A DNA stretch of 64,000 bases. Origin: Lama glama (Eukaryota). This document shows, in pieces, positions 55,501 through 63,651 of this stretch. The position numbers and the translations under genes were made by a program. How positions within the stretch are numbered: the first letter of the stretch is position 1; each line of letters begins with the position of its first letter. Location: contig CM052818.1 of NCBI GenBank assembly GCA_028534125.1, positions 14,882,001-14,946,000 of the forward strand, read 5' to 3'. Under the pieces are notes generated by a model that searched no databases, was not told where the DNA came from, and worked only from the letters and a program-made list of their open reading frames with translations.

Positions 55501-58500
55501 AAACACATTTTTTTCTTCAATGGTATACTGAGTCAGCAGGTGAGTGAGTCACCTTAAATTTTTCTGATGGTAATGGTAGGCCAGCAAATGCATATCTTCT
55601 TTTTTATACTGCAGTTCGACTAGCCAAACTTAAATCATGTCATTTTTTCTGTGGGTGAATTAATTGGCTAAGGAAAACAACTCTATACATTGCCTAGAGA
55701 TTTGGACTGTTGGTTATTTGTACTCATCCTTACACTGGCTTTGTTTCTTTGGTGTATATACTTTTATACCTTTGCCTGTGAACACAGCTGTGCCATACAC
55801 TGCACTGGGGTGTATGTGGGATTGTTTTACCAAAAAATGGAACTATTTTATCTGCAAATTGATTTTTTTTTAAACCTGATTATTATGATGACCATCTTTC
55901 TACACAATTGCCTCTTATTTCACCAGTTTTCTGCTGATGGGCACTCTGGTTATTCCCAGCTTTTGGTTGTTAAAAACAGTGCTCACAGTGTTTTGCAAAT
56001 ATGAGTATATTTGTGGGATAATTAATGTGTGTGAAATTTTTGGGTAAAAGTAATTATGTTGGATACTGCCCTCCAAAGAGTCTGTGTTGTATTCTCTCTT
56101 TCCCCACAACTCTGATATTTTTAAAATCTTTGCTGCTTAAATAGATATAATAAATCACTGTATTTCTTTAATCAGACTATCTTCACATATATTAGCTATT
56201 TGAATTTTCTGCCGGCTTTCTTCTATTTTGCCTGTTATCTGTTGTGTTTTAAAGGAGTTCTGTTTTTATAATTTTCTTTATTTTGAAATGATGTTTTGAA
56301 CTATGCCAATCCAGGATTATTTTTATAATCAGTTCTATGTTTTCTTCTAACATTTTTGTGATTTTTATCTTTACATTTAAATTTGCAGCATAAGATGTAA
56401 AATTTATGTCAAAGTTGTATTAAATGTTGGTGTAGAGCAGCTTAATTTTCAAGATAATACATCTTTTCTCCACTGATTTGAAATGAAATCTCATATACTT
56501 GGTTTAATAAAGGCTGCTAAAAGAAACTATTCTCATCAAACACTGGACACATTATCCCAGAGAATTAATATATTCAACTTGGAGGACCAGTTGTTAAAGA
56601 ATGAATTATCTTGACACTTGTTAAAATCATACAGAAGACTTTATTCAGGACTGCAGTGATAGGTGTAGGCTATCTAAGTAGGAGAGAGAGATTGGACTCA
56701 ACTCTGAATACAGCAAAGACAGCTGGGGATATTTAACCAACAAGTATTAGGAAAATTATTAAGAAGAGACTTCAGAGGTGGAGGATTCTTGCTGAGGCTG
56801 AAAGCAGGTCAGGATGATCAAATTTTCAAGGGTAACAGATGAGGAATTTGATCAGATATGGATGCTAAGGGATGCTCTCAAAACAGATTGATCAGATCCT
56901 TGCTACATCTGGGCTCAGAGGAGCCTGTCTAAAGTTTGGTCAAAATAGAATCTTTGTCATAGTAAAGGCATGGTTAAGTTCCCGTTTGTTATAGGTATGC
57001 AAAGAAATCCTTGTTTAAAAGGAATTTTAAGAGGTGGGGGGAATTTATAGATTCTTTTTAAAAATATTTTTAATTGTTAAGAGAGATACACCAAATGCAG
57101 TGTCAAGTGGTCATTATGTTGAACCAGTTTCTTAAAAAACAGTTGTAGTAACATAAGTGTGAAATAATTGGGGAAATTAGAGCACTACTACTGAATATTT
57201 TATAACTATAATGAATTTTATGTATGATGTCATTACAAATTTTTATAAGAAATTTTATCTTTTAGAGATAAACAATAAAATATTTATGGATGAATTACAT
57301 CTGGGATTTGCTTCAAATAATTTAATTGGCGGAGAGGGAACAGAGGGGAATAAAAAATAAAAGGACTAACCATGAATCTGTCATTGTTGAAGGGGTGATT
57401 GATTCATGGGGGTTTATTATACTGTCCTCTAGCTTTGTATATGTTTGGATTTTTCTGTAGAATTTGTTAAAAGTAAAAGTGTGATTTTGTTCATGTAAGG
57501 ATGCCTTTGTATTTATTGGCAAGTTTTCCATTTATGTCTTTGGTTTGTTTTATTGTTCTCTAGATTGCCCCAGTGGAGAATGACAATAGCTATGATGAAC
57601 TGAAAAGAGATGCAAAGTTATGCTTATCACTAATGTCTCAGGGGTTGCTTTACCCTCATCAAGTGCCTTTGGTACTTCAGGTGCTAAAACAAGTAAGTGT
57701 GTAACAAATACTTACATCTTTCATTAGAATTTTGGTTTACTATTCAGAGAATTTCACACTGTCAGCTGCAGTACACACAATACCTGATCTTTGCGTTCAT
57801 TTTTAATTTTCCTCTAGTACGAGAGAAGACTTACGTTGACCAAAGAAACAGGTTTAAATTCTTTACCTGGCTCTGCCACCAACTTCTGTGACTTTGGTCA
57901 GGTCACTCAGCCCCCAAGTTACCTATTTACACAAAGAGCTAATTATTGGGGCACCTTGAATACAAGGTGCTTATGAGGGAGGGGGATGGGCATTCCCTTT
58001 TACCATTTCCTCTTTATTTTATTCACTTATATTGTCTGATCTGTGGTTGGAAGACTTAAGGGAGTGTATATTTTCTGGCTGCATTTTTAGTATACTGTGT
58101 GCTCAGCTTTAGCCAGGTCATACATATGCTGTATAGTATAAAAATGAATGTTCCCATGGTTTTCAGATTTTTAAGTTTGATAGCTTACTGAAAGATATTT
58201 TGTAACAGCCCCAAATGATATATATTTTTTTCCTTTCCTTTTTTTTTTTTTTTGCAGTAGAATGTAGTAGTTCTCAGTCTTGTTTGCTTTGATTACCGTA
58301 CTCGCTACTATCAAAAGTAAAATAAAATAATGTACAACCCTTGGAGGAGTTAGCATCATTAATTCTAAATAATTCTCTCTTCTAAAATTAATTTTTATCT
58401 ATGTGTTTGTTTCCCTTTACTCTCAACTATTCATACATTCTGAATAACTGACTCTACCTGAACTAGCTTGTGCAGCCTTTTATTTAGAAGGAAATACAAG

Positions 58501-61500
58501 ACGAGCTTGCTCCAGATGTACCTGTAAGAGTAGAATTCTATCAGAAGATTGTATTTTCTCTGTGTAACTTTGCTGTCATCTTGTGTTTTTGTCAGCACTG
58601 GTTTTCATTATTTCTACTTAATTCTCATTCACAGACAGCAAGAAGCAGTTCTTGGCATGCTAGATATACAGTACTGACCTACCTCCAGACCATGGTGTTT
58701 TATAACCTCTTTATTTTCCTAAACAATGAAGATGCAGTTAAAGACATCAGGTGGCTGGTTATAAGCCTTTTGGAGGATGAACAGCTAGAGGTAAAATTTA
58801 GGTTATAGCAAATTGAAATTTAAAGAAAGCATTATTGTCCCCCTTTTAAGAAGTATTTATACACTGATAGGTTATAAATCATAAGCATAAATTATTAAAA
58901 GTACTTAAGTTTTCACATAGCCCTATGTGATTAGTTTTGATACCCTAATCGTGATTTCCTATAGTACAAGTGGAAACAAACATTGGGCATCTTCTTGTTC
59001 TAGCTTCTCTCTGCAGTTGGGCAGAACATTTGTGAACCAGAGTTTTCTCATCTATGAAATTGTGGGTGATAATACTCTACTTATCTTACTGTTTTTAATG
59101 GACTAATAGGGATGTGTATGAGGGCAGTTTCAAGAGAATGAAAATCTACACATAGATGCTTTTATCCAGTAGATTTAAGATAGGATTCTTTTCTCTCTTT
59201 AGTTTCCTTGGCAGAGAAGTTAAGTCAGCTTTTGTGGTGAGGTTACATTAATATTTTGTACAAAAAGACAAATCTATTCAAATTAGCCTAATACAAGAAA
59301 AGCATGTTGTAATAAACACGGAATAAGATATAATTTTCTAAATTGACCATAGGTAAAGAAAATATAGTTGAAAGTTCTGTGAAATTTTTGCTTATTTTAA
59401 TAAATTTTGTGGACTTCATGGGTTTTCCGTGTAGTGGAGCTCCCAGTAATTATATATATTTTATTTGAGAGCACTGAAAACAGATTGTATCCACAGGAAA
59501 CTGGGAATGGAAATTTCTCCAACTCCTTAATGAACCTATTCATTTTGCATCCTAGCTTTCCTGTGTCCTGGGAGCTGATACGTCTAGTTCCTAGGGTACG
59601 CAGTGGTTATAACTCTGACAAGCTTCAATTAAAATATTTGTTAACTATCTGTAAAGTTTTTTAACTTATTCTTTTTTTTTTAATTAAACTTAAAGGAATG
59701 GAAATGGAAAGGTGGAAATCTCAAAAGTCAGTGTTTCCTACCTGTAAATATTATGGTAAAATGTACCTTGTTTTAGAACATTTTTATAGATAATTTTTAT
59801 ATTTTGTTCCATGTAGCAGGCTTAAACATAGCTGTTACTGTAAATATAACCATAACATTTATTAAAACTATCATTTCAAAAATATATACTCAGTAATAAT
59901 TAGCCAGAACTATTCAGGATAATATTTTTTAAAAACTATATAAATAATCTAAATGTGAAATGTTTAAAAAAATTATTAGATTTAAAGGAAAATTTTTTAG
60001 ATGGGAAATTTTTTGTGTATAAAAAAGCTAAAGACTTTCCCCTCACCTTTTAAAATTAATTAATTATAGACATGAACAGACTGACTCTTGGAACAAAAAA
60101 ATCTCAGAACTACTGGTAGTAGACCCTACTACTGGGAAAGAGATATTTGGGTAATTTGTTACTAGTTTGGAGAAAAAGAAGAATCAGTTAGAACCTCTCA
60201 CACTGAAATACGTTCCAGATAGTAAATCCCCCCACCCCCTCTCCGTTTTTTAACTAGAGAAAGTAGGAGAAATTAATTTAGATATTTATGTGAACTTTGA
60301 GCAGAGAATGACCTTCTAAGCCTTTAAGATAATAGATGTTGCAAATCCCAGAATGGACATATCTGACCACAAGAATACTAGAAACTCATCAATTTTAAGT
60401 GCTCAACCTTCAAACTAGAGAAAAACACTAGCATAAGAAAATCATTAAGACCTAGTAGAGTAGAGGGGGAGGTTGTAGCTCAAGTGGAAGAGTGCATGCT
60501 TAGCATACATGTGGTCCTGTGGTCAGTCCCCAGTACTTCCTTTAAGAATAAATAATAAGTAAACCTAATTACCTCCCCCCTACCAAAAAACAAGAGAAAA
60601 CAAAAAAGACAGTGGGGTGGATAGTGCTGATAGCATCACATATGTGTAGATGAAGACAACATAAGCAATAAACAATGAAGTCAATTTTCTCTTAATGACC
60701 AGAGAAATGCAAACCTAAAACAATGAGACATTTCACTTACTCTTAAGTTAGTGTTCTCTCCACCCCCAAAAGAGAAAATGTATGCTAATGACTGTTGGTA
60801 AGTTAAAACTAGTACTCACTTTAATTTTGTATCATATATAGGTTACTAGCTCTGGCTTGTTGAAAAGCAACTGATAGCCACAAAATTAACAGTAAAATTG
60901 GATATACATCGACATTTAGTAATTCCAGTTTTTACAATTAACCATGTCCTAGGAGGAAAATACATTGCAATATGGAAAAATTATATAAATAACATTATTT
61001 TGTAGCATAGTAGTGAGAAGTTGAAAGCACTATAATCACTAGTTGAGTATAAAAATAAATCATTGTATGAAAGGAAATAATTCAACCAAGTATGAAGTAG
61101 TAAAACATTTTATAATGTATTTCATATAATATAAGGTTGCAAAGGATATATTAAGTACCCCAAAATTGTCACATTGAAAAATTTAACAAAAAATCTTTTG
61201 AAGGAATAAATATCAAAGTATTTAAGTGGTTTTTCCCGCCGAATTATTATTGCCTGTCTTTATGACAGTTAAGCAGAAATTTTTGTGATTTATACGAGAT
61301 AACTTTTTATAGCTTTTTTTATCTTCCCCAAACTGGAGTTCCCATTTCAGTTTGAAACAGACTGTTATACACTCTTTATTTAGTACTTCTATAAACTGTG
61401 TTTATAGTCTGACAACAGCCTATGAAATCTGTAAGTAAAATGGATGTATAAGTCTCTGCTTTACATGCCAGTTGTAGAACATGGTTGTCCTATATTGTTG

Positions 61501-63651
61501 TTACTAATGAAAACAACAGCAGCAGTCATTTTAATGGATGTAGAGTCTAGGAAGGATTTATTTTCATGTCAGGCTCTAGCACTGCTTCTCCAGTTATAGC
61601 CCTAATGTGAAGAACTGTCAGTCACTGGGAGAGTAATTAATGCGTGGAGAAATTTAAATTTGTATAGCATAGTTAAATGTTTACCTTCTGTAACCCAAGT
61701 GTAGTTACTTTTATCCATTTTGAGGCCACAGACCTTTTGAGAATCTGATGAAATATCTATTAAGAAACTGCAAAAGAGCATTTATACAGTTTGCATACAA
61801 ATATCAGGGCAAGTCCCCACCCCACTTCCCATACCATGGTCCTAACCTCCCCAGGCTTAAGATCTCCCCTCTAATGGAAGTGATTATCTCTGTAGGTTCG
61901 AGAAATGGCTGCTACCACCTTAAGTGGTCTGCTGCAGTGTAACTTCCTTACCATCGACAGTCCTATGCAGATTCATTTTGAGCAACTTTGCAAAACAAAA
62001 CTACCGAAGAAAAGGAAGCGAGACCCTGGTTTTGTGGGAGATACAATTCCTTCTGCAGGTAACAGTACTGGTAGAACATACCTTTTGGGGATTAACCAGG
62101 CTTACTCAGCAAGTATTTTCTGAATGCTTTTATGTGCCTAGGCCTGGGCTAAGTACCAGGAATAGTTGTCCCTGCTTTTGAGAAGCTTTGAGTATAGAAG
62201 GCAAGATCTGGGGTGTAAACGCTAAAATTGAGAGAGGTGCAAAGGAATGTATCCACTGCTGCATACAGCTATTACGACAAATCAGGTCTGGACACTCCCA
62301 ACTGAAATAGCTTTAAAAAGAGAGAGATCCAGCATTAGTTATTTTGGAGGATCTAAAATATTTGTTTTTAGAATTTATAGCTTATGTGTAGATGTACTAA
62401 GAGAAAAAAACTAGGTAAACCAAACAGACTTTGCTTTCATTTCGAGAGAGGAACATCATTACTTCACTAGGCATTGGGTGAGAGGGTGAGAAGACTGCTT
62501 ACTCTAGAGGAGTGTCCACTCTAATTGAGCATGAAGGTAAACAGTAGTATAAGATCTGATGACTGTGTCATGTTTAAAGAGAAATTTAAATGTGATTGCA
62601 AAGAAGCATCTGATCTTGCCAGTGTTGACTACAGATAATCACAAGAATCATGGAAAACATGGAAACATTATTAGTAAATAGGAAGTTTATTCAGTTGCAG
62701 GAAATACCTGGAATAGGAATCTCTTCAGTCCTGATTACAGTAGGGTCTTAATTATGTCATATTGTTACCTAATAGCAATTTCTAATAAAATACCAATGTA
62801 TATTGTGGTGTTTTGTTTTTGTTTTTGTTTTTTTTTGCTTAAAAACTTTTTTCATAATTAAGTACTAGTTTTGGGTCTTTGTTATACCAAATAGTGTTGT
62901 TTATAATTATGACTACTCCAAATTCCCTTTTTCTTAACAGTCAACTCCCTATCTACCATGTGTGCATATATGATATACTTACAAACACATACATACACAC
63001 ATATTTATTAAAAAACAGTGAGAATTTGGAAGCACTTTATCACAACTTCTATCCTAAAAAGGAAGAATAGAGACCCTTTGGAATTCAGACACATTGCAGT
63101 TCTATTTTGAGAACTACAGACATTCCGCATATATGGTGTGTTTACCTGATGAACTGATGCATGTGAAGGGTAGTCACATCCAGAAAAGTAGGATCTAATT
63201 TTGATTGGTGATTGTTTTTGGATCAGGGATTGCGCATTCACATGTGATATGAATTTATCAAAAATGGCATTACTGTGTGAGTTTTACCAAATATATGACA
63301 CATTTCTGACCTAAATATAATTATGCTGTCATTGAGGGACAGAGGGTGTTTTTAGTTTAGCCTCAAAATTGTCTTTGATATGTATGCAGGCCAATTCATT
63401 TTAAATGCAGAAATTCACACATTGAAAACAACTAGCATAATGGAGAACTCATTTCACTGTAGCAAGTGCAGTAGAGTCCTGTGAATATTTGCACAAATAC
63501 TGCTGTTTCCTTTGCAGAGTTGGTCAAGCGCCATGCTGGGGTGCTAGGACTCGGTGCATGTGTTCTCTCTAGTCCTTATGATGTTCCCACCTGGATGCCC
63601 CAGCTCCTTATGAATCTCAGTGCACATCTGAATGATCCTCAGCCTATTGAG
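7553..63651 (+). CDS. PSME4: PSME4 / PA200 proteasome activator subunit 4, partial multi-exon CDS (exons 4-45)
   Basis: 42 AG/GT(GC)-bounded exons join in phase into one ORF matching recalled PA200 (e.g. [65 protein letters not shown]). Confidence 0.99.
7915..8030 (-). mobile_element. Young L1 3' end fragment
   Basis: 'ttttattgaagtatagtcaatttacaatgttgtgtcagtttctgatgtacagcataa' is the reverse complement of the L1 3' end at 51340-51450. Confidence 0.8.
9585..9734 (+). CDS. PSME4: PSME4 exon 5 (150 nt)
   Basis: attag|...|gtaagt; [14 protein letters not shown]...HHKGF. Confidence 0.97.
9786..9847. repeat. Interrupted (TG)n/(TA)n microsatellite
   Basis: Direct inspection; about 50 nt downstream of the exon 5 donor. 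Confidence 0.9.
10995..11058 (+). CDS. PSME4: PSME4 exon 6 (64 nt)
   Basis: ttcag|...|gtgagt; [21 protein letters not shown]. Confidence 0.97.
11628..11702 (+). CDS. PSME4: PSME4 exon 7 (75 nt)
   Basis: ttcag|...|gtaata; [25 protein letters not shown]. Confidence 0.97.
12860..12982 (+). CDS. PSME4: PSME4 exon 8 (123 nt)
   Basis: taaag|...|gtttgt; [12 protein letters not shown]...WITAMM. Confidence 0.97.
13260..13355 (+). mobile_element. Old L1 3' end remnant
   Basis: 'gtgatcattttgtaatgtata...tgtacacctgga...aattatactt...aaaaa'. Confidence 0.6.
14290..14385 (-). mobile_element. L1 3' end fragment with poly(T)
   Basis: poly(T) then 'aaatagagttgac...ttagtttta...tacattgtgatttgacatttgcatacattatgaa'. 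Confidence 0.7.
15079..15171 (+). CDS. PSME4: PSME4 exon 9 (93 nt)
   Basis: cacag|...|gtgagt; [31 protein letters not shown]. Confidence 0.97.
15710..15975 (+). CDS. PSME4: PSME4 exon 10 (266 nt)
   Basis: cccag|...|gtaagt; [11 protein letters not shown]...PPVLE. Confidence 0.97.
18325..18511 (+). CDS. PSME4: PSME4 exon 11 (187 nt)
   Basis: tgtag|...|gtgagc; [14 protein letters not shown]...DPNDFSKCM. Confidence 0.97.
19286..19375 (+). CDS. PSME4: PSME4 exon 12 (90 nt)
   Basis: tacag|...|gtaagg; [30 protein letters not shown]. Confidence 0.97.
20090..20154 (+). CDS. PSME4: PSME4 exon 13 (65 nt)
   Basis: tacag|...|gtgagc; [21 protein letters not shown]. Confidence 0.97.
20433..20583 (+). 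CDS. PSME4: PSME4 exon 14 (151 nt)
   Basis: tttag|...|gtaaga; [12 protein letters not shown]...CSKEIFM. Confidence 0.97.
20722..21341 (+). mobile_element. Tigger/MER2-group DNA transposon (MER82-like)
   Basis: Starts 'agttgatcctcattatttgaagatt...ctacttgctaaaatttatttgtaacc' and ends 'aaataacagaaactgactgta' (degenerate TIRs, TA target). Confidence 0.75.
22238..22336 (+). CDS. PSME4: PSME4 exon 15 (99 nt)
   Basis: aacag|...|gtgagt; [33 protein letters not shown]. Confidence 0.97.
22552..22621 (+). CDS. PSME4: PSME4 exon 16 (70 nt)
   Basis: ttcag|...|gtaagt; [23 protein letters not shown]. Confidence 0.97.
23055..23122 (+). CDS. PSME4: PSME4 exon 17 (68 nt)
   Basis: tttag|...|gtattg; [22 protein letters not shown]. 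Confidence 0.96.
23739..23954 (+). CDS. PSME4: PSME4 exon 18 (216 nt), followed by a GC donor
   Basis: ttcag|...AAG|gcaagc; [10 protein letters not shown]...SEYFPIK joins DWGKPG of the next exon. Confidence 0.95.
24430..24587 (+). CDS. PSME4: PSME4 exon 19 (158 nt)
   Basis: tctag|...|gttagt; [12 protein letters not shown]...GELEMS. Confidence 0.97.
25569..25664 (+). CDS. PSME4: PSME4 exon 20 (96 nt)
   Basis: tctag|...|gtaagt; [31 protein letters not shown]. Confidence 0.97.
30019..30035 (-). promoter_or_regulatory. CTCF-like motif CCACTAGATGGCA
   Basis: + strand tgccatctagtgg at 30021-30033 matches the CTCF core CCASYAGRKGGC; motif match only. Confidence 0.5.
31602..31673 (+). mobile_element. 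Tiny young 5'-truncated L1 with perfect 12-bp TSD
   Basis: aaaaagaatttg [gacacaacattgtaaactgactataactcaatt + A-rich tail] aaaaagaatttg, at a TT/AAAA site. Confidence 0.85.
32780..32835 (+). CDS. PSME4: PSME4 exon 21 (56 nt)
   Basis: tacag|...|gtatgt; [18 protein letters not shown]. Confidence 0.96.
33300..33379. repeat. 40-bp tandem duplication
   Basis: tcacatacatcaRttacttgggtataRtttttttggtttg x2, with 2 A/G differences. Confidence 0.9.
33716..33772 (+). CDS. PSME4: PSME4 exon 22 (57 nt)
   Basis: aatag|...|gtaagt; [18 protein letters not shown]. Confidence 0.96.
33987..34042 (+). CDS. PSME4: PSME4 exon 23 (56 nt)
   Basis: tatag|...|gtataa; [18 protein letters not shown]. Confidence 0.96.
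34136..34234 (+). CDS. PSME4: PSME4 exon 24 (99 nt)
   Basis: cacag|...|gtcagt; [33 protein letters not shown]. Confidence 0.97.
34740..35250 (-). mobile_element. L2 LINE remnant
   Basis: Purine-rich degenerate L2-like motifs ('gactgagattggaagccgggagg', 'ggacttggtgattaatgagata', 'gtgactgggtggaagat'). Confidence 0.55.
35557..35619 (+). CDS. PSME4: PSME4 exon 25 (63 nt)
   Basis: ttcag|...|gtaaat; [21 protein letters not shown]. Confidence 0.97.
35744..35839 (+). CDS. PSME4: PSME4 exon 26 (96 nt)
   Basis: tgtag|...|gtaagg; [32 protein letters not shown]. Confidence 0.97.
36782..36913 (+). CDS. PSME4: PSME4 exon 27 (132 nt)
   Basis: tttag|...|gtatag; [14 protein letters not shown]...VTQQQFK. 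Confidence 0.97.
36935..37140 (-). mobile_element. Old L1 (L1MC/ME-type) 3' remnant
   Basis: 'aaattttcaaacacagggaaaaattgaaagaa...aacattttgcttcatttgctttatcacatatctgtccatc'. Confidence 0.65.
37190..38460 (-). mobile_element. L2 LINE remnant interrupted by MER58
   Basis: 'gatgagttcctttgtttggacaagttcaatttgaagtg...tcaagtaggcagttag' L2-like motifs. Confidence 0.6.
38030..38205. mobile_element. MER58A-like hAT DNA element
   Basis: 'tttattggaacgcagcca...ggctgctttcatgctgc...gcagag...tctttacagaaaaggtttgctgcccc'. Confidence 0.75.
39029..39238 (+). CDS. PSME4: PSME4 exon 28 (210 nt)
   Basis: tgcag|...|gtaagc; [12 protein letters not shown]...YETIGLDFT. Confidence 0.97.
39900..40262 (-). mobile_element. 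L1MB/MC-type 3' fragment abutting the exon 29 acceptor
   Basis: 'aattgagatgtaattcatatgc...ggacatttcatataaatgaa...tggcttctttcacttggcataatgtt...catgttgtgg...agtacttcatt'. Confidence 0.85.
40288..40424 (+). CDS. PSME4: PSME4 exon 29 (137 nt)
   Basis: ataag|...|gtaatt; [45 protein letters not shown]. Confidence 0.94.
41256..41309 (+). CDS. PSME4: PSME4 exon 30 (54 nt)
   Basis: taaag|...|gtaagt; [17 protein letters not shown]. Confidence 0.96.
41581..41710 (+). CDS. PSME4: PSME4 exon 31 (130 nt)
   Basis: ttcag|...|gtgaat; [12 protein letters not shown]...HDAIVVRK. Confidence 0.97.
41810..42130 (-). mobile_element. L2 3' remnant
   Basis: 'attcatccaacaaatgtatgagg...cactggggatataaca'. Confidence 0.6.
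42329..42410 (+). CDS. PSME4: PSME4 exon 32 (82 nt)
   Basis: tctag|...|gtaagt; [27 protein letters not shown]. Confidence 0.97.
43603..43756 (+). CDS. PSME4: PSME4 exon 33 (154 nt)
   Basis: cttag|...|gtaagt; [21 protein letters not shown]...THWGYYTWP. Confidence 0.97.
44091..44160 (+). CDS. PSME4: PSME4 exon 34 (70 nt)
   Basis: tatag|...|gtaagc; [23 protein letters not shown]. Confidence 0.97.
45019..45144 (+). CDS. PSME4: PSME4 exon 35 (126 nt)
   Basis: tatag|...|gtaact; [14 protein letters not shown]...RRFCLFK. Confidence 0.97.
45680..45832 (+). CDS. PSME4: PSME4 exon 36 (153 nt)
   Basis: tttag|...|gtgagg; [12 protein letters not shown]...GSKHWTFEK. Confidence 0.97.
46725..46886. mobile_element. 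MER5A hAT element
   Basis: 'ggcatcacttgggagcttgctag...agtcagaatcttcatttt...aaggtgatttgtat...gtgagaagcatctg'. Confidence 0.8.
47392..47496 (+). CDS. PSME4: PSME4 exon 37 (105 nt)
   Basis: gagtag|...|gtgagt; [35 protein letters not shown]. Confidence 0.96.
48018..48109 (+). CDS. PSME4: PSME4 exon 38 (92 nt)
   Basis: cacag|...|gtaaat; [30 protein letters not shown]. Confidence 0.97.
48870..49001 (+). CDS. PSME4: PSME4 exon 39 (132 nt)
   Basis: tttag|...|gtgggt; [18 protein letters not shown]...NVRERIG. Confidence 0.97.
49359..49567 (+). CDS. PSME4: PSME4 exon 40 (209 nt)
   Basis: tacag|...|gtgagt; [13 protein letters not shown]...QGIKLLKT. Confidence 0.97.
49640..50840 (-). mobile_element. 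L1MB-type 3' region (about 1.2 kb, with internal deletions)
   Basis: Antisense L1 motifs 'gatggacatttaggtcgtttgcacct', 'tttgcatttccctaa', 'ttggagaaatgtctattcaagttctttgccca', 'ccagcaccatttattgaaaagact'. Confidence 0.9.
50981..50996 (-). promoter_or_regulatory. CNC-sMaf (ARE/NF-E2) motif ATGAGTCAGCAAAT
   Basis: + strand tgctgactcat at 50986-50996 with AT-rich flank; motif match only. Confidence 0.4.
51216..51301 (+). CDS. PSME4: PSME4 exon 41 (86 nt)
   Basis: tttag|...|gtgagt; [28 protein letters not shown]. Confidence 0.97.
51322..51462 (+). mobile_element. Young L1 3' end
   Basis: 'atatgactgaaacgttatgctgcacaccagaaattgacacaacattgtaaaccgactatacttcaat' plus A-rich tail, flanked by aagaat. Confidence 0.85.
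53025..53250 (+). mobile_element. MIR SINE
   Basis: 'agagcactagctttggag...agacctagtttaaaatcctg...ccttgcacaag...aaacctct...gtggttatgaggatgaaatgaggtaatg'. Confidence 0.75.
53670..54180. mobile_element. MLT1/MaLR-like LTR remnant interrupted by a SINE
   Basis: Starts 'tgtatcagttaaggtattttgattgcaggcattagaaacc'. Confidence 0.5.
53891..54019 (+). mobile_element. tRNA-derived SINE, vic-1 (camelid)-like
   Basis: ggggaggctatagctcagtggtagagtgc...gtcctgggttcaatccccagtacctcc (A and B boxes) plus tail; TSD atcttYaagattcag at 53875-53889 and 54020-54034. Confidence 0.85.
54355..54800 (-). mobile_element. L1MC-type 3' fragment
   Basis: 'agaggtcccatgtacccttcac...accaccaaaatcaagatacag...cccctgacaaccactaatttgctctccatct'. 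Confidence 0.8.
55820..56500 (-). mobile_element. Old L1ME-type remnant
   Basis: 'ctgctgatgggcactctggttattcccagctttt', 'tactgccctccaaagagtctgt', 'ttttctccactgatttgaaatg'. Confidence 0.6.
56592..56959 (-). mobile_element. Solo ERV LTR (ERV1/MER31-67-like)
   Basis: TG...CA termini (tgttaaag...ctttgtca), antisense poly(A) signal 'tttatt', near 4-bp TSD cagt/tagt. Confidence 0.7.
57070..57480 (+). mobile_element. Old L1ME/MC 3' end
   Basis: 'tctgggatttgcttcaaataa...cattgttgaaggggtgat...catgggggtttattatactg...tttgtatatgtttg'. Confidence 0.7.
57564..57692 (+). CDS. PSME4: PSME4 exon 42 (129 nt)
   Basis: tctag|...|gtaagt; [18 protein letters not shown]...LQVLKQ. Confidence 0.97.
57815..57980 (+). 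mobile_element. MIR SINE
   Basis: 'cctggctctgccaccaacttctgtgactttggtcaggtcactcagcc'. Confidence 0.65.
58635..58790 (+). CDS. PSME4: PSME4 exon 43 (156 nt)
   Basis: cacag|...|gtaaaa; [14 protein letters not shown]...LEDEQLE. Confidence 0.97.
60465..60607 (+). mobile_element. Second, more diverged vic-1-like SINE inside an old L1 remnant (about 59700-61300)
   Basis: ggggaggttgtagctcaagtggaagagtgcatgcttagca...ccccagtacttcc...aaacctaattacctccccc plus A tail; homologous to 53891-54019. Confidence 0.8.
61703..61875. mobile_element. hAT-Charlie MITE (MER112/MER5-group-like)
   Basis: 'tgaggccacagaccttttgagaatctgatgaaa...tttgcatacaa...ccccaggcttaagatctcccctcta'. Confidence 0.6.
61896..62058 (+). 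CDS. PSME4: PSME4 exon 44 (163 nt)
   Basis: tgtag|...|gtaaca; [17 protein letters not shown]...[20 protein letters not shown]. Confidence 0.97.
63518..63651 (+). CDS. PSME4: PSME4 exon 45 (134 nt)
   Basis: tgcag|...|gtaaag; [25 protein letters not shown]...DPQPIE. Confidence 0.97.

Noticed and set aside
54790..55820. Possible antisense processed pseudogene or L1 transduction after a poly(T)
   Set aside because: No antisense poly(A) signal next to the T run, no TSD and no ORF. The flanking L1 pieces look like two separate elements.
7553..63651. U12-type intron, pseudogenisation or missing exons in PSME4
   Set aside because: No RTATCCT donors, no in-frame stops or frameshifts, and exon lengths sum consistently with the recalled 1,843-aa protein.
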